DNA of 64,000 nt from Nitrosopumilus sp. (GTDB lineage Archaea; Thermoproteota; Nitrososphaeria; Nitrososphaerales; Nitrosopumilaceae). The notes below the pieces were generated by a model. That model was given only the letters and a program-made list of their open reading frames with translations, did not search any database and was not told the DNA's origin. Positions 27,557 through 37,430 of the stretch are shown in pieces (within the stretch, counting starts at the first letter, position 1; each line of letters starts with the position of its first letter). The DNA is taken from the NCBI GenBank assembly GCA_963662625.1, contig OY759726.1, positions 416,001-480,000 on the forward strand. Reading direction: 5' to 3'. The position numbers and the translations under genes were made by a program.

Positions 27557-28402
27557 CTACCTTTCCACGGGGTTCCCTACCATGTTGCCCCACTCGGTCC
27601 AGGAGCCGTCGTAGTTCCTGACCCTGGAGTACCCCAGGAGGTACTTTAGCACGAACCAGCTGTGGGACGACCTCTCCCCTATCCTGCAGTAGCATATGAC
27701 GTCCTTGTCCGGGGTGACCCCCTTCGGCTCGTAGTTCTGCCTGAGCTCCTCGGCCGACTTGAACGTGCCGTCCGCGTCGTTCACGGCGGTGGCCCACGGG
27801 ATGCTGTTGGCGCCCGGGATGTGGCCCCCTCGCTGGGCGTTCTCCGTCGGGTATTCCGGCGGGGCGGTCACCTCCCCCGAGAACTCTTTTGGCGAGCGGA
27901 CGTCCACCATCACGGTGTCTTCCTTGCTCAGCGCCCTGCTCACGTCGAACAGGTAGGCGCGCAGCCCCTCGTCGGGCGGCTGGGCGACGTAGGCAGAAGG
28001 CTGCACCTGCGGCTCGTCGGTGGCGTAGTCCCTGCCCTCCAGCTCCCATTTTTTCCTGCCGCCGTCCATGATCTTGACGTCCTTGTGGCCGTAATACTTG
28101 AATACCCAGAACGCGAATGCCGCGAACCAGTTGTTAAAGTCGCCGTAAAGGACCACCTCCGACTCCGGGGTGATCCCGTTTTTCGACATCAGCTCCTCGA
28201 ACTGCTTCTTGTTGATGATGTCCCTCGTGAGCGGGTCGTTGATGTCCCGCTTCCACCATATGAGGGTGGCCCCGTCGATGTGCCCATTCCGGTAGCCGCT
28301 TGCCGGATCATAGTCGACCTCGACTATCCTCCGGTTCCCGCCTGGCGGGCGGCTGGATACCCATTCAGTGTCGACCAGCACCTCCGGATGAGCGTAACCC
28401 AT
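27557..28402 (-). CDS. Thiosulfate sulfurtransferase (tandem rhodanese)
   Basis: GHIDGA, GHIPGA, CYCRIGERS active loop, YDGSWTEW. Confidence 0.95.
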   Translation of the reverse strand: MGYAHPEVLVDTEWVSSRPPGGNRRIVEVDYDPASGYRNGHIDGATLIWWKRDINDPLTRDIINKKQFEELMSKNGITPESEVVLYGDFNNWFAAFAFWVFKYYGHKDVKIMDGGRKKWELEGRDYATDEPQVQPSAYVAQPPDEGLRAYLFDVSRALSKEDTVMVDVRSPKEFSGEVTAPPEYPTENAQRGGHIPGANSIPWATAVNDADGTFKSAEELRQNYEPKGVTPDKDVICYCRIGERSSHSWFVLKYLLGYSRVRNYDGSWTEWGNMVGNPVER

Positions 28403-28528
28403 GGCCTGTGTGGCGCGGCCAGCATAATTAATTGTTTAGGCGTGGGAGGCCCGGGCGGGGCGATCGGGCCGGGGGGCGCCCCGCCAAAGAAAACGGTTTT
28501 TAAGTAAACGCCGGTCAGGAAAACGGGC

Positions 28529-29344
28529 GTGAATCTGAGGAGGGTGGCGATAGTAAGCAAGTTTGGCTCGAGGGAATCGGAGGATGCCGCGAGGGCCGTC
28601 GCCAAGAAGTTTCTCGCCATAAAGTCCAAGGTGCTCACTGTCTCGCCGGCCAGGGCCGAGGGGGCGGCGGTGGTCGAGTCGCTCGACGAGCTGGGCAGGG
28701 AGAGGCCGGACCTGGTGGTGACCCTCGGCGGCGACGGCACCACGCTGCGCGTCTTCAGGCACCTGAAGAACGACACGCCGATCCTCACGATCAACGTCGG
28801 GGGCAACAGGGGGATCCTGTCGGAGATAACGATGGACGGGGTGGACCACGCGATAGGCCAGATCACGAGGGGCAAGTTCTTCCTCGACAAGAGGACCAGG
28901 GTGGTGGCCTCTTGCGGCAAGGCAGAGTTCCCGCCGGCGCTGAACGAGATCTACATCAGCAGGACGAACCTGACGAAGACGGCGGAGATCGAGGTGAAGT
29001 TCCAGAACGACACGATCAGGCAGAAGATGGACGGGGTCATAGTGGCCACGCCGAGCGGGTCGACCGGCCACTCGTTCTCGCTCGGGGGCCCGATCCTCCA
29101 CGAGAGCCTCGACGTGCTGATAATAACCCCGGTGGCGCCAGTATACAGGCTGGAGTCGATCGTGGTCCCGGACGAGAAGATCGAGATCATCTCCTCGCAC
29201 GACTGCAACATCGCGATGGACGCGCAGGTGGTGAGATCGGCCGGCTACGGGGAGCCCATAACCATCAAGAAGTACAAGAAACCCGCCGTGTTCGTCAGGC
29301 TGAAGAAGCGCGGCCTGAGACAGATGAGCAAGCTTGGCTTTTAG
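28529..29344 (+). CDS. nadK: NAD kinase
   Basis: LGGDGT, ALNE, DGVIVATPSGSTG. Confidence 0.93.
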   Translation: MNLRRVAIVSKFGSRESEDAARAVAKKFLAIKSKVLTVSPARAEGAAVVESLDELGRERPDLVVTLGGDGTTLRVFRHLKNDTPILTINVGGNRGILSEITMDGVDHAIGQITRGKFFLDKRTRVVASCGKAEFPPALNEIYISRTNLTKTAEIEVKFQNDTIRQKMDGVIVATPSGSTGHSFSLGGPILHESLDVLIITPVAPVYRLESIVVPDEKIEIISSHDCNIAMDAQVVRSAGYGEPITIKKYKKPAVFVRLKKRGLRQMSKLGF

Positions 29345-29813
29345 GGTGCTGGACGCTAGCGCGTTCTACGCTGGGGTGCCGTTCGGGTCGTCGGCCGAAT
29401 GCTGCACGACGCCGCTGGTCTACGAGGAGGTGAGGCACATCAAGAGGGACCACGACGCGCTGGGAGTGCTGATCGAGACCGGCAGGCTCAGGATAATGGA
29501 GCCCGGCCCGGGATCCACGGAGGCCGCCGAGAGGGCCGCTAGGAAGACGGGCGACCTGCGGCAGCTCTCGAGGCAGGACGTGTCGGTGGTCGCGCTAGGG
29601 CTGGAGGTCGGGGGGGACATCGTCACCGACGACTTTGCGGTGTCCAACGTCGCGCGCAGCCTCGGCATAGTGGCGTTGCCCGTGATGACCGGCGGCATCA
29701 GGGACGCCGGCAGGTGGATCCACTACTGCCCCGGCTGCAGGAGGAGGCAGGGCCGGGGAAGTGAGTGCGACAGGTGCGGGACGCCGCTCAGGAGGAGGCT
29801 CGTCAGGGGGTAG
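29334..29813 (+). CDS. nob1: NOB1 family PIN endonuclease
   Basis: VLDASAF, LSRQD, TDDFAVSN, C-terminal CxxC...CxxC. Confidence 0.9.
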   Translation: MAFRVLDASAFYAGVPFGSSAECCTTPLVYEEVRHIKRDHDALGVLIETGRLRIMEPGPGSTEAAERAARKTGDLRQLSRQDVSVVALGLEVGGDIVTDDFAVSNVARSLGIVALPVMTGGIRDAGRWIHYCPGCRRRQGRGSECDRCGTPLRRRLVRG

Positions 29814-30495
29814 GGTCGTGCAGGGTCTTCTGGCCCGGCCTTTTCGCGCCGCCTCCCCTGGATCCCAGCATCCTCCTGATCCTCGCAGCCCTCGCCCTGC
29901 CGAGGCCCTCCACCTTGGCGAGCTCGGCAGCCGTCGCGTTGAACACCCCGATCGGCGTGCCGAACCTCTCCAGCGCCCGGGCCGCGAGCTTCTCGCCTAT
30001 GCCCGGCAGGCTGCACAGGGAGGCCAGCTGCTGCTTTTGCAGGTCGTCTGACTTTTTTATCTTCTTGAGGAACGGCCCCCTCGGGCGCTCTTTTCTGGCG
30101 CACATGGAGACGAGCAGCTTCGCGGTGTGGGACGCGTCCGGGGTGGGGATCACCGGGATCCTGAAGTCGAGGACCACGGTGGAGACCGCGCCGTAAAAGA
30201 CCAGGGGGTTGTCCGTGATCTCGTCGACCTCGTCGGCGTCGCCCTCCAGCAGCAGCACGGGGGTCTGGAAATGCTCCTTGAGCCTCGAGCACTGGTCGAA
30301 CAGCCTGCCGTCGAACACTGAGGACACAAAGTCGTGGGTGCTCTTCCTTTCCACCACCGTCTCCGGCGCCACGATATAGTCCCCCACCGCGAGGGTCTTC
30401 ACCTCCATGTTCAGCCCCACCGACCTCAGCAGGTCCGGGATCCCGCTCTTCCTCTCCCGCTCGTCCACTATGATCCTGAGGCTCTTCAGATCCAA
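29803..30495 (-). CDS. xpf: XPF/ERCC4 nuclease
   Basis: IVDERE, GDY, VERKS, two HhH (LPGIG, VEGLG). Confidence 0.9.
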   Translation of the reverse strand: MDLKSLRIIVDERERKSGIPDLLRSVGLNMEVKTLAVGDYIVAPETVVERKSTHDFVSSVFDGRLFDQCSRLKEHFQTPVLLLEGDADEVDEITDNPLVFYGAVSTVVLDFRIPVIPTPDASHTAKLLVSMCARKERPRGPFLKKIKKSDDLQKQQLASLCSLPGIGEKLAARALERFGTPIGVFNATAAELAKVEGLGRARAARIRRMLGSRGGGAKRPGQKTLHDPTP

Positions 30496-30554
30496 CAATA
30501 GTGTCTGGCGCGGTTTGTTAATATCTTGTGTGGAGGCGCGGCGCGCTGGTAAAG

Positions 30555-30629
30555 AGGGCTCGGGGGGCTTCGATCCCCCGACCTGGCAGTCCGGAACCGC
30601 CCGCACTGTCCTGACTGTGCTACGAGTCC
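30555..30629 (-). tRNA. tRNA-Arg(CCG), atypical
   Basis: GCAC/GTGC D-stem, GGCGG-TTCCGGA-CTGCC anticodon arm, GGGGG-ATCGAAG-CCCCC T-arm; A3-C70 mismatch; TTTTTA ~25 nt upstream. Confidence 0.8.
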
Positions 30630-30684
30630 GGCTTTTTCAGCACGCTCCATTCTAAAAACCTATCAGCCCCGGGACGCGGCGCGG

Positions 30685-31092
30685 CTACCGCCTTGGATCG
30701 TCGCCCGCGGGCTTGCCCGCCCCGGGCGGCGCGCCTCCCTGCTGCCCGCCCTTCATCATCGCCGTGATCTTTGACTCCTGCTCCTTCAGGGCCTCCTTGA
30801 GCCTGGCCTCCTGCTTTTCCAGCACGGTGAAGCGGGTCTTTGCCATCTCCCTCCTCTCCTCGAGCTCGGCGATCAGGTCCTGCCTCGTGGACCGCACCAT
30901 GATGGAGCCGGCGTGCTTGTACACGCCGTCAGAGTCCCCCGCCTTTTGCAGTTCCTCGAGGGCCCTGTCGTTCTCGGCCCGCTCCATCTCGAGGTGCTGC
31001 TTTTGGGCCATCACCGACTGGAGGTTCTGCTGCGACTGCTGCAGCTTTGCCAGCTGTTCCTGGAGCCACGGCGGCACCTGCGGGGACGACAT
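30685..31092 (-). CDS. pfdB: Prefoldin beta subunit
   Basis: ALEEL...VYKHAGSIMV between coiled coils. Confidence 0.9.
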   Translation of the reverse strand: MSSPQVPPWLQEQLAKLQQSQQNLQSVMAQKQHLEMERAENDRALEELQKAGDSDGVYKHAGSIMVRSTRQDLIAELEERREMAKTRFTVLEKQEARLKEALKEQESKITAMMKGGQQGGAPPGAGKPAGDDPRR

Positions 31093-31153
31093 GCAGGTAC
31101 CTAGTACGGGTTTCGTTATATCTCTTACCAAAACGGGTTCCCCGGGGGCGGGG

Positions 31154-31411
31154 CTATTCTGGGGCGCGGGTGGCCCGCACGGACTCGATCGAGTCGTGGC
31201 TCGCCTGGATCAGCCGCAGCAGGGAGTTCAGGTTCGCGCGTAGGTGCGGCAGGTGGTCGGACTCGACCCGGACGGTGATGCCCCCGTCCATGGACATCCT
31301 GGTCCTCGTGGGGTTCTCCGGGTAAAAGTCGTTGTCGGTGCTTATCGAGTCGAATATGGCCCCGGTGTTCCCCCCGGCGTCCACCGCGACCTCTGCCTCA
31401 AAGCTTGACAT
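31154..31411 (-). CDS. pcc1: KEOPS subunit Pcc1
   Basis: LRANLNSLLRLI; conserved position after rpl37ae. Confidence 0.85.
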   Translation of the reverse strand: MSSFEAEVAVDAGGNTGAIFDSISTDNDFYPENPTRTRMSMDGGITVRVESDHLPHLRANLNSLLRLIQASHDSIESVRATRAPE

Positions 31412-31610
31412 CGTACGCGGTCCCGGCGATCTTGAAGCCGCACTTCTTGCACGACCAGATCCCCACGGCGTCCCTGCCGAACTTCCCGGAGCCGCACTCG
31501 GGGCACGTCCGCTTCTCCTTCAGCTTCATGTGGACCTTGGTGTACTGCTTCCGGATCTTGATGCCGTACCGGGCGCCCAGCCCCTTCAGCGACTTTTTCT
31601 TTTTTGCCAA
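31398..31610 (-). CDS. rpl37ae: 50S ribosomal protein L37ae (eL43)
   Basis: GARYG, CPECG, GIWSCKKCG. Confidence 0.95.
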   Translation of the reverse strand: MAKKKKSLKGLGARYGIKIRKQYTKVHMKLKEKRTCPECGSGKFGRDAVGIWSCKKCGFKIAGTAYDVKL

Positions 31611-31611
31611 C

Positions 31612-32418
31612 TCAGCGGCCGCCCGCCTGCCTCAGGATCTCCCTCAGCCCCGCGCCCACGCGGACAGACGTCTCGCCGCAGTTCACGACCTCGTCTAGCG
31701 TGAACCCGCCTGCGCCGCCCTTCTGCAGGGCGCATATGTTTCCGTCGGAGTTGGTGGTGATCGTGATCCTCGCCTCCATGCAGGCCCACTCGTCGGCGTC
31801 GGGATCCACCACGATGTGCCCCCCGATCTTCCCCATGGTCACAGATACCGGAACGGTGGTTATGGGCACGGGTGCCTCCTCCCCCTCCACGAGCGTCGGG
31901 ACGTCGTCCCTCATCTCCCACCTTGGCGACGTTGACGACATCAGGGCGGCCGTCGCGGCATAGGAGCAGGCGTCAAAGAGGTTGCCGCCATAGTCGACGA
32001 CGACGTTGTCCGCAAACACGCCCACGACCGACTTGTTTTTCTCTATCACCATCTGGGACAGATCCACCATGTGGCTCTCCCGGATTCCACGGTCCACGAC
32101 CCTGGCCAGCTCTATGACGTCGGGGTTGGGCGGGCCCGTCTCCACGCTGGGGTGCGACAGCGGGAGGAGCTCGGCGGTGCATATGAATATCCCCTTGTCG
32201 CCCATGTCCGGGAACGGCCTGTCCGGCTGGATCTTCACGCCGCACACGACCTCGCTGTCCCCGAGCCTGACCTTGGCGGAGCCGTTGGCCTTCGGCACGG
32301 CGTTGGTGTCAATCACCAGCTTCCGCGGCTCGTCGAGCGCCCTGCCGTCGGCGCGCTTTCCCTGCTCGAGCAGGGCCAGGATCTGCGTCTTCTTGAGGTC
32401 GTCGAGCACCGAGGCCAT
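31612..32418 (-). CDS. rrp42: Exosome complex component Rrp42
   Basis: RADGR, ELARVVDRGIRES. Confidence 0.95.
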   Translation of the reverse strand: MASVLDDLKKTQILALLEQGKRADGRALDEPRKLVIDTNAVPKANGSAKVRLGDSEVVCGVKIQPDRPFPDMGDKGIFICTAELLPLSHPSVETGPPNPDVIELARVVDRGIRESHMVDLSQMVIEKNKSVVGVFADNVVVDYGGNLFDACSYAATAALMSSTSPRWEMRDDVPTLVEGEEAPVPITTVPVSVTMGKIGGHIVVDPDADEWACMEARITITTNSDGNICALQKGGAGGFTLDEVVNCGETSVRVGAGLREILRQAGGR

Positions 32419-33156
32419 CTACTTCCTTCCCCCGTTCTTGAAATACTTGTCGTTGAGAGCCTTCTTCTGCAGCTCGTAGACGAGCTTGCAGCCCTCGATC
32501 CCGGTCTGGACGCACTTTTTGTACTCCTCGGCGGAGAGCACGCCGTCCAGCTGCAACAGGGTGATCTTGTCGAGGCTCGGCATGTAGCCGACGGGCATGT
32601 CGGCCTGGCCGGCCTGGTCTTCCTCGTTGTTCACGTCGAGTATGACCGTGTCTGCCACCTTGCCGGCGGCGCACGCTGCGACCAGGTCCCTCATCGGGAT
32701 CCCGGCGTCCGCAAGCGCGACCGACGCGGCTGACAGCGCCGCGCAGCGGGTGCCCCCGTCTGCCTGTATCACCTCTATGAACACGTCCACGGCCGTCCGC
32801 GGGAACTGCTCCAGCATTATCGCCGGCGCGAGGGCCTCCTTGATGACCTTGGAGATCTCGATCTCCCTCCGCGAGGGGGCAGGGTTCTTCCTCTCGGTCA
32901 CGGAGAACGGCTCCATGTGGTACCGCACCCGCAGTATCCCCGTGTCGGTGTCGGACATGTGCTTCGGGTGGACGTCCCTGGGCCCGAACACCCCGACGAC
33001 GATCTTGTTGTCCCCGAACTCGATGTACGCGGAGCCGTCGGCGTTCTTCAGCCCGCCCGCCTTTATCATGATCCTCCTGGGCTCGTCGACCTTCCTCCCG
33101 TCGCACCTGACGCCGTTCTCGTCCAGCAGCACCATGGTGGATTCCCGTCCGCCCAT
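32419..33156 (-). CDS. rrp41: Exosome complex exonuclease Rrp41
   Basis: RCDGR, ADGSAYIE, PSRREIEIS, QADGGTR. Confidence 0.95.
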   Translation of the reverse strand: MGGRESTMVLLDENGVRCDGRKVDEPRRIMIKAGGLKNADGSAYIEFGDNKIVVGVFGPRDVHPKHMSDTDTGILRVRYHMEPFSVTERKNPAPSRREIEISKVIKEALAPAIMLEQFPRTAVDVFIEVIQADGGTRCAALSAASVALADAGIPMRDLVAACAAGKVADTVILDVNNEEDQAGQADMPVGYMPSLDKITLLQLDGVLSAEEYKKCVQTGIEGCKLVYELQKKALNDKYFKNGGRK

Positions 33157-33837
33157 CTACGATTCGCTCCTTGATTCTAACATCGCCTTCACCTTCTCAG
33201 TCAAATTTGCAACGTGCGCATTCTCGTCAATCATCCTGATGGCCTTTTTGGCCTTTAATAATCCCTCTGTAGACTCGCAGGCGGCGACCACCCAGCCGTT
33301 CTGCCCTATGGTGACGGCCGCGTCGGTGGCCATCTCTATGGCCTGGATCATGGATCCCCTCTTCCCGATGAGCCGCGAGATGTTGCTCGGGGATATGGAC
33401 ATCAGATCGCCGGAGTCGATCTTGCCGAGGTCCCTGTCAGACACGGTCACCAGCGGGTCACGGGTCCTGTCAAAGTTGGCGATCCTGGCCGCGACGAGGT
33501 CGCCCGTCTTCAGCTTCGAGGTCAGCTCGTCGGCGTACGCCGAGAAGTTCCGGCCAAAGACGTCCTGGGCGGGCAGGAACCCCACATAGCACGAGTTGAT
33601 GTCGAGTTCCCAGGAGAGGGAGTTGTGGGAGATCACCTTGCCGACCACGAGGTCGTTGATCTTGGGCATGTACTTCCCGGCCATGGGTATCACCCTCACG
33701 GTATCGTCGTAGATTTCTGACACGCCCACCGCGGTGGATATTATCTTGCTGCCCTCGAGCACCGCGTTCTGGTCGGGCCTGAGGGAGTCGGTGGTTATTA
33801 CGTCCCCGGGCATCACGTACTTGCGCCTCATCTCCAT
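33157..33837 (-). CDS. rrp4: Exosome RNA-binding protein Rrp4
   Basis: YMPKINDLVVG S1 domain, RLIGKRGSM KH domain, GQNG. Confidence 0.92.
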   Translation of the reverse strand: MEMRRKYVMPGDVITTDSLRPDQNAVLEGSKIISTAVGVSEIYDDTVRVIPMAGKYMPKINDLVVGKVISHNSLSWELDINSCYVGFLPAQDVFGRNFSAYADELTSKLKTGDLVAARIANFDRTRDPLVTVSDRDLGKIDSGDLMSISPSNISRLIGKRGSMIQAIEMATDAAVTIGQNGWVVAACESTEGLLKAKKAIRMIDENAHVANLTEKVKAMLESRSES

Positions 33838-34523
33838 TACTCTACCACCTCTACCGTGGCCGAGCCCTTCGTTATGGAGCCCAATCTGTCTATCACGTTT
33901 GGCCTTGACGCAGCGGGTATTTCAAGTATTGCTTTTAGGGAGCCGTCGTTTTGCCACGTTTCCCGCGACAGGGATCCCACGGACTTTAGGACCGCGTAGG
34001 ACTGCCCGGCGTACTGGGCCGGCACTACGATCTCGAGCTGGAGGTTCTCCGACTTTAGCGGGATTATGGAACGCAGCTTTTCCACGACTTCCTTGACCTG
34101 CACGTCGGCGCCCTTTTGCGGGTCCACCGACACCCTCGCGTCCTTCATCGCCTGCTCTATCCTGAGAGGGGGGTGCGGCAGGTGCGTCTTGGGGTCCACG
34201 TATGTCTTGGCGATGGACTCGACGATCTGCCTCCTCTTCTCGTCGATCATCCTCCTCCTCTGGTCGGTGGTCAGGTTCAGGTCCCCCTTCTGGAGGATCT
34301 GCGCGGCGATCTGGGAGTGATCCTCCGTTTTGAACGCCCTGAGCAGCTTCTCGGCGGGAGGCTTCGTCCCCTTGCCGGAATCCGTGTAGATCTCGTCGGA
34401 GACCAGCACCGAGGAGACGTCCTTCTTCCTCCCGAGCTTGTATTCCAGCGCCGGATCGGGCTTTACCAGGATCTCGAACTTGTCCCCCTCGAAGGAGTAC
34501 CTCGCCACGGTGACTTCTGCCAT
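33837..34523 (-). CDS. sbds: Ribosome maturation factor SBDS
   Basis: FEILV, LTTDQRR, PHPPLRIE. Confidence 0.95.
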   Translation of the reverse strand: MAEVTVARYSFEGDKFEILVKPDPALEYKLGRKKDVSSVLVSDEIYTDSGKGTKPPAEKLLRAFKTEDHSQIAAQILQKGDLNLTTDQRRRMIDEKRRQIVESIAKTYVDPKTHLPHPPLRIEQAMKDARVSVDPQKGADVQVKEVVEKLRSIIPLKSENLQLEIVVPAQYAGQSYAVLKSVGSLSRETWQNDGSLKAILEIPAASRPNVIDRLGSITKGSATVEVVE

Positions 34524-34739
34524 TCACGGGATAGTGTGCACGGCCGTATTTATCTATACGTGGGAGTGCCGGCGCGCCTCCAGGCGCCGGGGGCGGGCGG
34601 CGGCGCGCGCAAGCGCGGGTCCCTCGGCGCGGCAGGCGCGGGCATTCCCCGGCCAGGCGCGGGGCCGGCGCGGGCCCGGACTCGTACGCAGGCATCCCAG
34701 CTAGATTTTTATTTGGACTTTGGAGATTTTGTTCAAGAT

Positions 34740-35375
34740 TTGCCCTCCCTAGAAGTAGTTGACAAGGACGACAAGAAAATGTCGGTCAAGCTCAAGGGCG
34801 TCCCGCTGCAGTATGCAAACGCGCTGAGGCGCGTCTGCCTGAACGGGATCCCGGTGTTCGCGATAGACACCGTGGACATCGTGGAGAACTCCTCGGTGTT
34901 CCCCGACGAGGGACTGGCGCACAGGCTGGGGCTGATCCCCCTGAGGACCGACCCGTCCGGGTACAGCGAGCCCGGAAAGTGCGAATGCCAGAAGGAGACC
35001 GGCTGCTCCAACTGCAAGGTGATGCTGATGCTGGACTCGAGGGACTCCGACGTGACGAGAACCGTCCTGTCAGGCGAGCTGTCGTCCGAGGACGAGCGCG
35101 TGGGGCCGATCTCGGGCCAGATCCCGATAGTACAGCTGGCCCCGGGCCAGAGGGTCAAGGCGGAGTGCTACGCGAGGCTCGGGAGGGGGACCGAGCACTC
35201 GAAATGGAACTCCTCGACAATCGCGACCCTGACGGAGACGGACAGGGAGGACGAGCGGATCCTGACGGTGGAGTCCACCGGCGCCCTTGCCCCGGAGCGG
35301 ATAATCCTTGCCGGGGTCGACGAGTTGAGCAGCAAGATTGCCGAGTTCAAGGGCATGATAGAGGCCATCGGCTAG
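34740..35375 (+). CDS. rpoD: DNA-directed RNA polymerase subunit D (Rpo3)
   Basis: ANALRR, ENSSVFPDEGLAHRLGLIPL, EHSKW. Confidence 0.95.
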   Translation: MPSLEVVDKDDKKMSVKLKGVPLQYANALRRVCLNGIPVFAIDTVDIVENSSVFPDEGLAHRLGLIPLRTDPSGYSEPGKCECQKETGCSNCKVMLMLDSRDSDVTRTVLSGELSSEDERVGPISGQIPIVQLAPGQRVKAECYARLGRGTEHSKWNSSTIATLTETDREDERILTVESTGALAPERIILAGVDELSSKIAEFKGMIEAIG

Positions 35376-35459
35376 GCGCGCGCCGCGGGGCAGGACTTGG
35401 GCGGATTCCGGCCGGCGCAAGCACAGACATTATATTTGGGTTTCAAACCGCAGTATCAC

Positions 35460-35807
35460 ATGGCTAACCGGGTCGTCCTGCGCATGGCTAGGGAGCTCAG
35501 GAAGGCGTCTGCCAGGAACAAGGCGCCCATATGGGCAAAACTGGCAGAATACGCGCTAAAGCCGTCGTCCGCAAGGCGGGACATCAACCTGTACAGGATC
35601 GGCCAGCTTACCAAGGAGGACGACACCGTCGTGTTTCCGGGCAAGGTCCTGGGGGTGGGCTCCATCGGCCACAAGATCACGCTCTGCCCGTTCTCGATCT
35701 CGAGCGCGGCGGCAAGCAAGGTGCTCGAGAGTGGGGGAAGCGTCGTCAGCCACGCGGAGCTGATCGGGCGGAACCCTACCGGGAAGGGGGTCGTGATGCT
35801 TGGCTAG
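35460..35807 (+). CDS. rpl18e: 50S ribosomal protein L18e
   Basis: APIW, INL.RI, PGKVLG. Confidence 0.95.
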   Translation: MANRVVLRMARELRKASARNKAPIWAKLAEYALKPSSARRDINLYRIGQLTKEDDTVVFPGKVLGVGSIGHKITLCPFSISSAAASKVLESGGSVVSHAELIGRNPTGKGVVMLG

Positions 35808-36258
35808 CGGGCAGAAGGCGGAGACCGACAGGCCGATCGTGGTGGATGCCACGAACCACGTGGCGGGGAGGCTGTCCGCGAACGTGGCGAAACTGCTGCT
35901 GGACGGGAACAGGGTCTCGGTGGTAAACTGCGAGAAGATAATGATCAGCGGGACGCGGGCAAACATCATCAAGGAGTACAGGGAGTTCCTGGAGGTGGCG
36001 AGCATACTCAACCCAAAGCACGGCCCGTTCCACCCGAGGAGGCCCGACACCATCATGAAGAGGATGATCCGCGGCATGCTGCCTAGGAAGAAGCCGTCCG
36101 GGGTGGCGGCCCACAAGAGGCTGAGGACGTACATAGGATCCCCGAGGGAGCTGGGCGCCTTTGAGAAGATCCAGTTCGAGAAGGCGAAGATAACGAGGGT
36201 CCCCGCAGACTACACGACCATGGCCGACCTGGGAAGGACCGTGGGGTGGACGGAATGA
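35800..36258 (+). CDS. rpl13: 50S ribosomal protein L13
   Basis: GRLSANVAK, GPFHPRRPD, RGMLP. Confidence 0.95.
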   Translation: MASGQKAETDRPIVVDATNHVAGRLSANVAKLLLDGNRVSVVNCEKIMISGTRANIIKEYREFLEVASILNPKHGPFHPRRPDTIMKRMIRGMLPRKKPSGVAAHKRLRTYIGSPRELGAFEKIQFEKAKITRVPADYTTMADLGRTVGWTE

Positions 36259-36704
36259 CGACGCCCAAGACGGAGATCTACTTTGCCACCAGGAAGACGG
36301 CCAGCGCGCACGTCTACATCACGAAGGGCAGGGGGAAGGTGAGGATAAACAACGTGCCTGTGGAGATGATCCCGCAGGAGACCGCTAGGGAGGCGATGCT
36401 GGTGCCGCTGGAGATCACGGGCGACCTGAGGGACAAGGTGGACATCTCGGTGCGCGTGAGGGGCGGCGGGTACATGGGCCAGGCAAGCGCCGCCGCCACG
36501 GGCATCGCGAGGGCGCTTACCGGGTGGACAAAGTCCAAGAAGGAGCCGAGGGACCACCCGTTTCCAAAGTCCACCAGGAAGGACCTGCGCAACAGGATTT
36601 CAGATTTCGACAAGTACCTCATCAGCGGGGACGCCAGGAGGAAGGAGCCGAAGAAGTTCGGCGGGCCCGGCGCGCGCAGAAGGAAGCAAAAGTCCTACCG
36701 TTAG
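36255..36704 (+). CDS. rps9: 30S ribosomal protein S9
   Basis: GGGYMGQA, EPKKFGGPGARRRKQKSYR. Confidence 0.96.
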   Translation: MTTPKTEIYFATRKTASAHVYITKGRGKVRINNVPVEMIPQETAREAMLVPLEITGDLRDKVDISVRVRGGGYMGQASAAATGIARALTGWTKSKKEPRDHPFPKSTRKDLRNRISDFDKYLISGDARRKEPKKFGGPGARRRKQKSYR

Positions 36705-36707
36705 GCC

Positions 36708-37430
36708 GTGAAGGCTGTAATTCTGGCAGGCGGCAGCGGCACCAGGGGAAGGCCCTACACGGACTACTTCCCAAAGGCCATGACCCCCGTGTTCGGCAGG
36801 CCGCTGATCGACTACATCGTGGAATACCTGGGCAGGTTTGACTTTGTCGGCGAGGTGATCGTCGTGGCGGACCTCGAGGGCCTCGGAGGGCAGATAAGCA
36901 ACTACTACCAGAACCATTCCGGGGCGCGGCTGTCCTTCGTGCAGGACGCCGGGTGCGGCACCGGCGGCGACCTGCTGCACGTGGAGGGGGCGATCGGCGG
37001 CGACTCCGAGTTCGTCCTCTGGTTCGTGGACAACCTGTGCGCGGTCGACCTGGGGAAGATGAGGGACGTGTTCAGGGAGAAGCGGAGCGCCGCGTGCATC
37101 GCCACCAGGACCCGGAGGAGGGAGGAGACGGGCTTTGCCGTGGTGGAGGACGGCGTCGTCAGGAAGTTCATGGAAAAGCCCGTGGTGAGCCTGCCCATGT
37201 CCGAGTGCCTCGGGGTGTACATCCTGGGCAGGGAGGTGTTCGGCATGGTCAGGGCGAAGAAAAAGGGCGAGGTCAACCTGTCATACGACGTCCTGCAGGA
37301 GCTGTCGGGGGAGGGCAGGATCAGCGCGTTTGACGTCGGAAAGTCGGACTGGATGGACGTCGAGTCCCCCACGGTCCTGGAGAGGAACCGGAGGACCGCC
37401 AGGCGGATCATAAGGCAGATGGGGCTCTAG
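36708..37430 (+). CDS. Sugar-phosphate nucleotidyltransferase family
   Basis: KAVILAGGSGTR..P.T...PK, GTGG, F.EKP. Confidence 0.88.
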   Translation: MKAVILAGGSGTRGRPYTDYFPKAMTPVFGRPLIDYIVEYLGRFDFVGEVIVVADLEGLGGQISNYYQNHSGARLSFVQDAGCGTGGDLLHVEGAIGGDSEFVLWFVDNLCAVDLGKMRDVFREKRSAACIATRTRRREETGFAVVEDGVVRKFMEKPVVSLPMSECLGVYILGREVFGMVRAKKKGEVNLSYDVLQELSGEGRISAFDVGKSDWMDVESPTVLERNRRTARRIIRQMGL

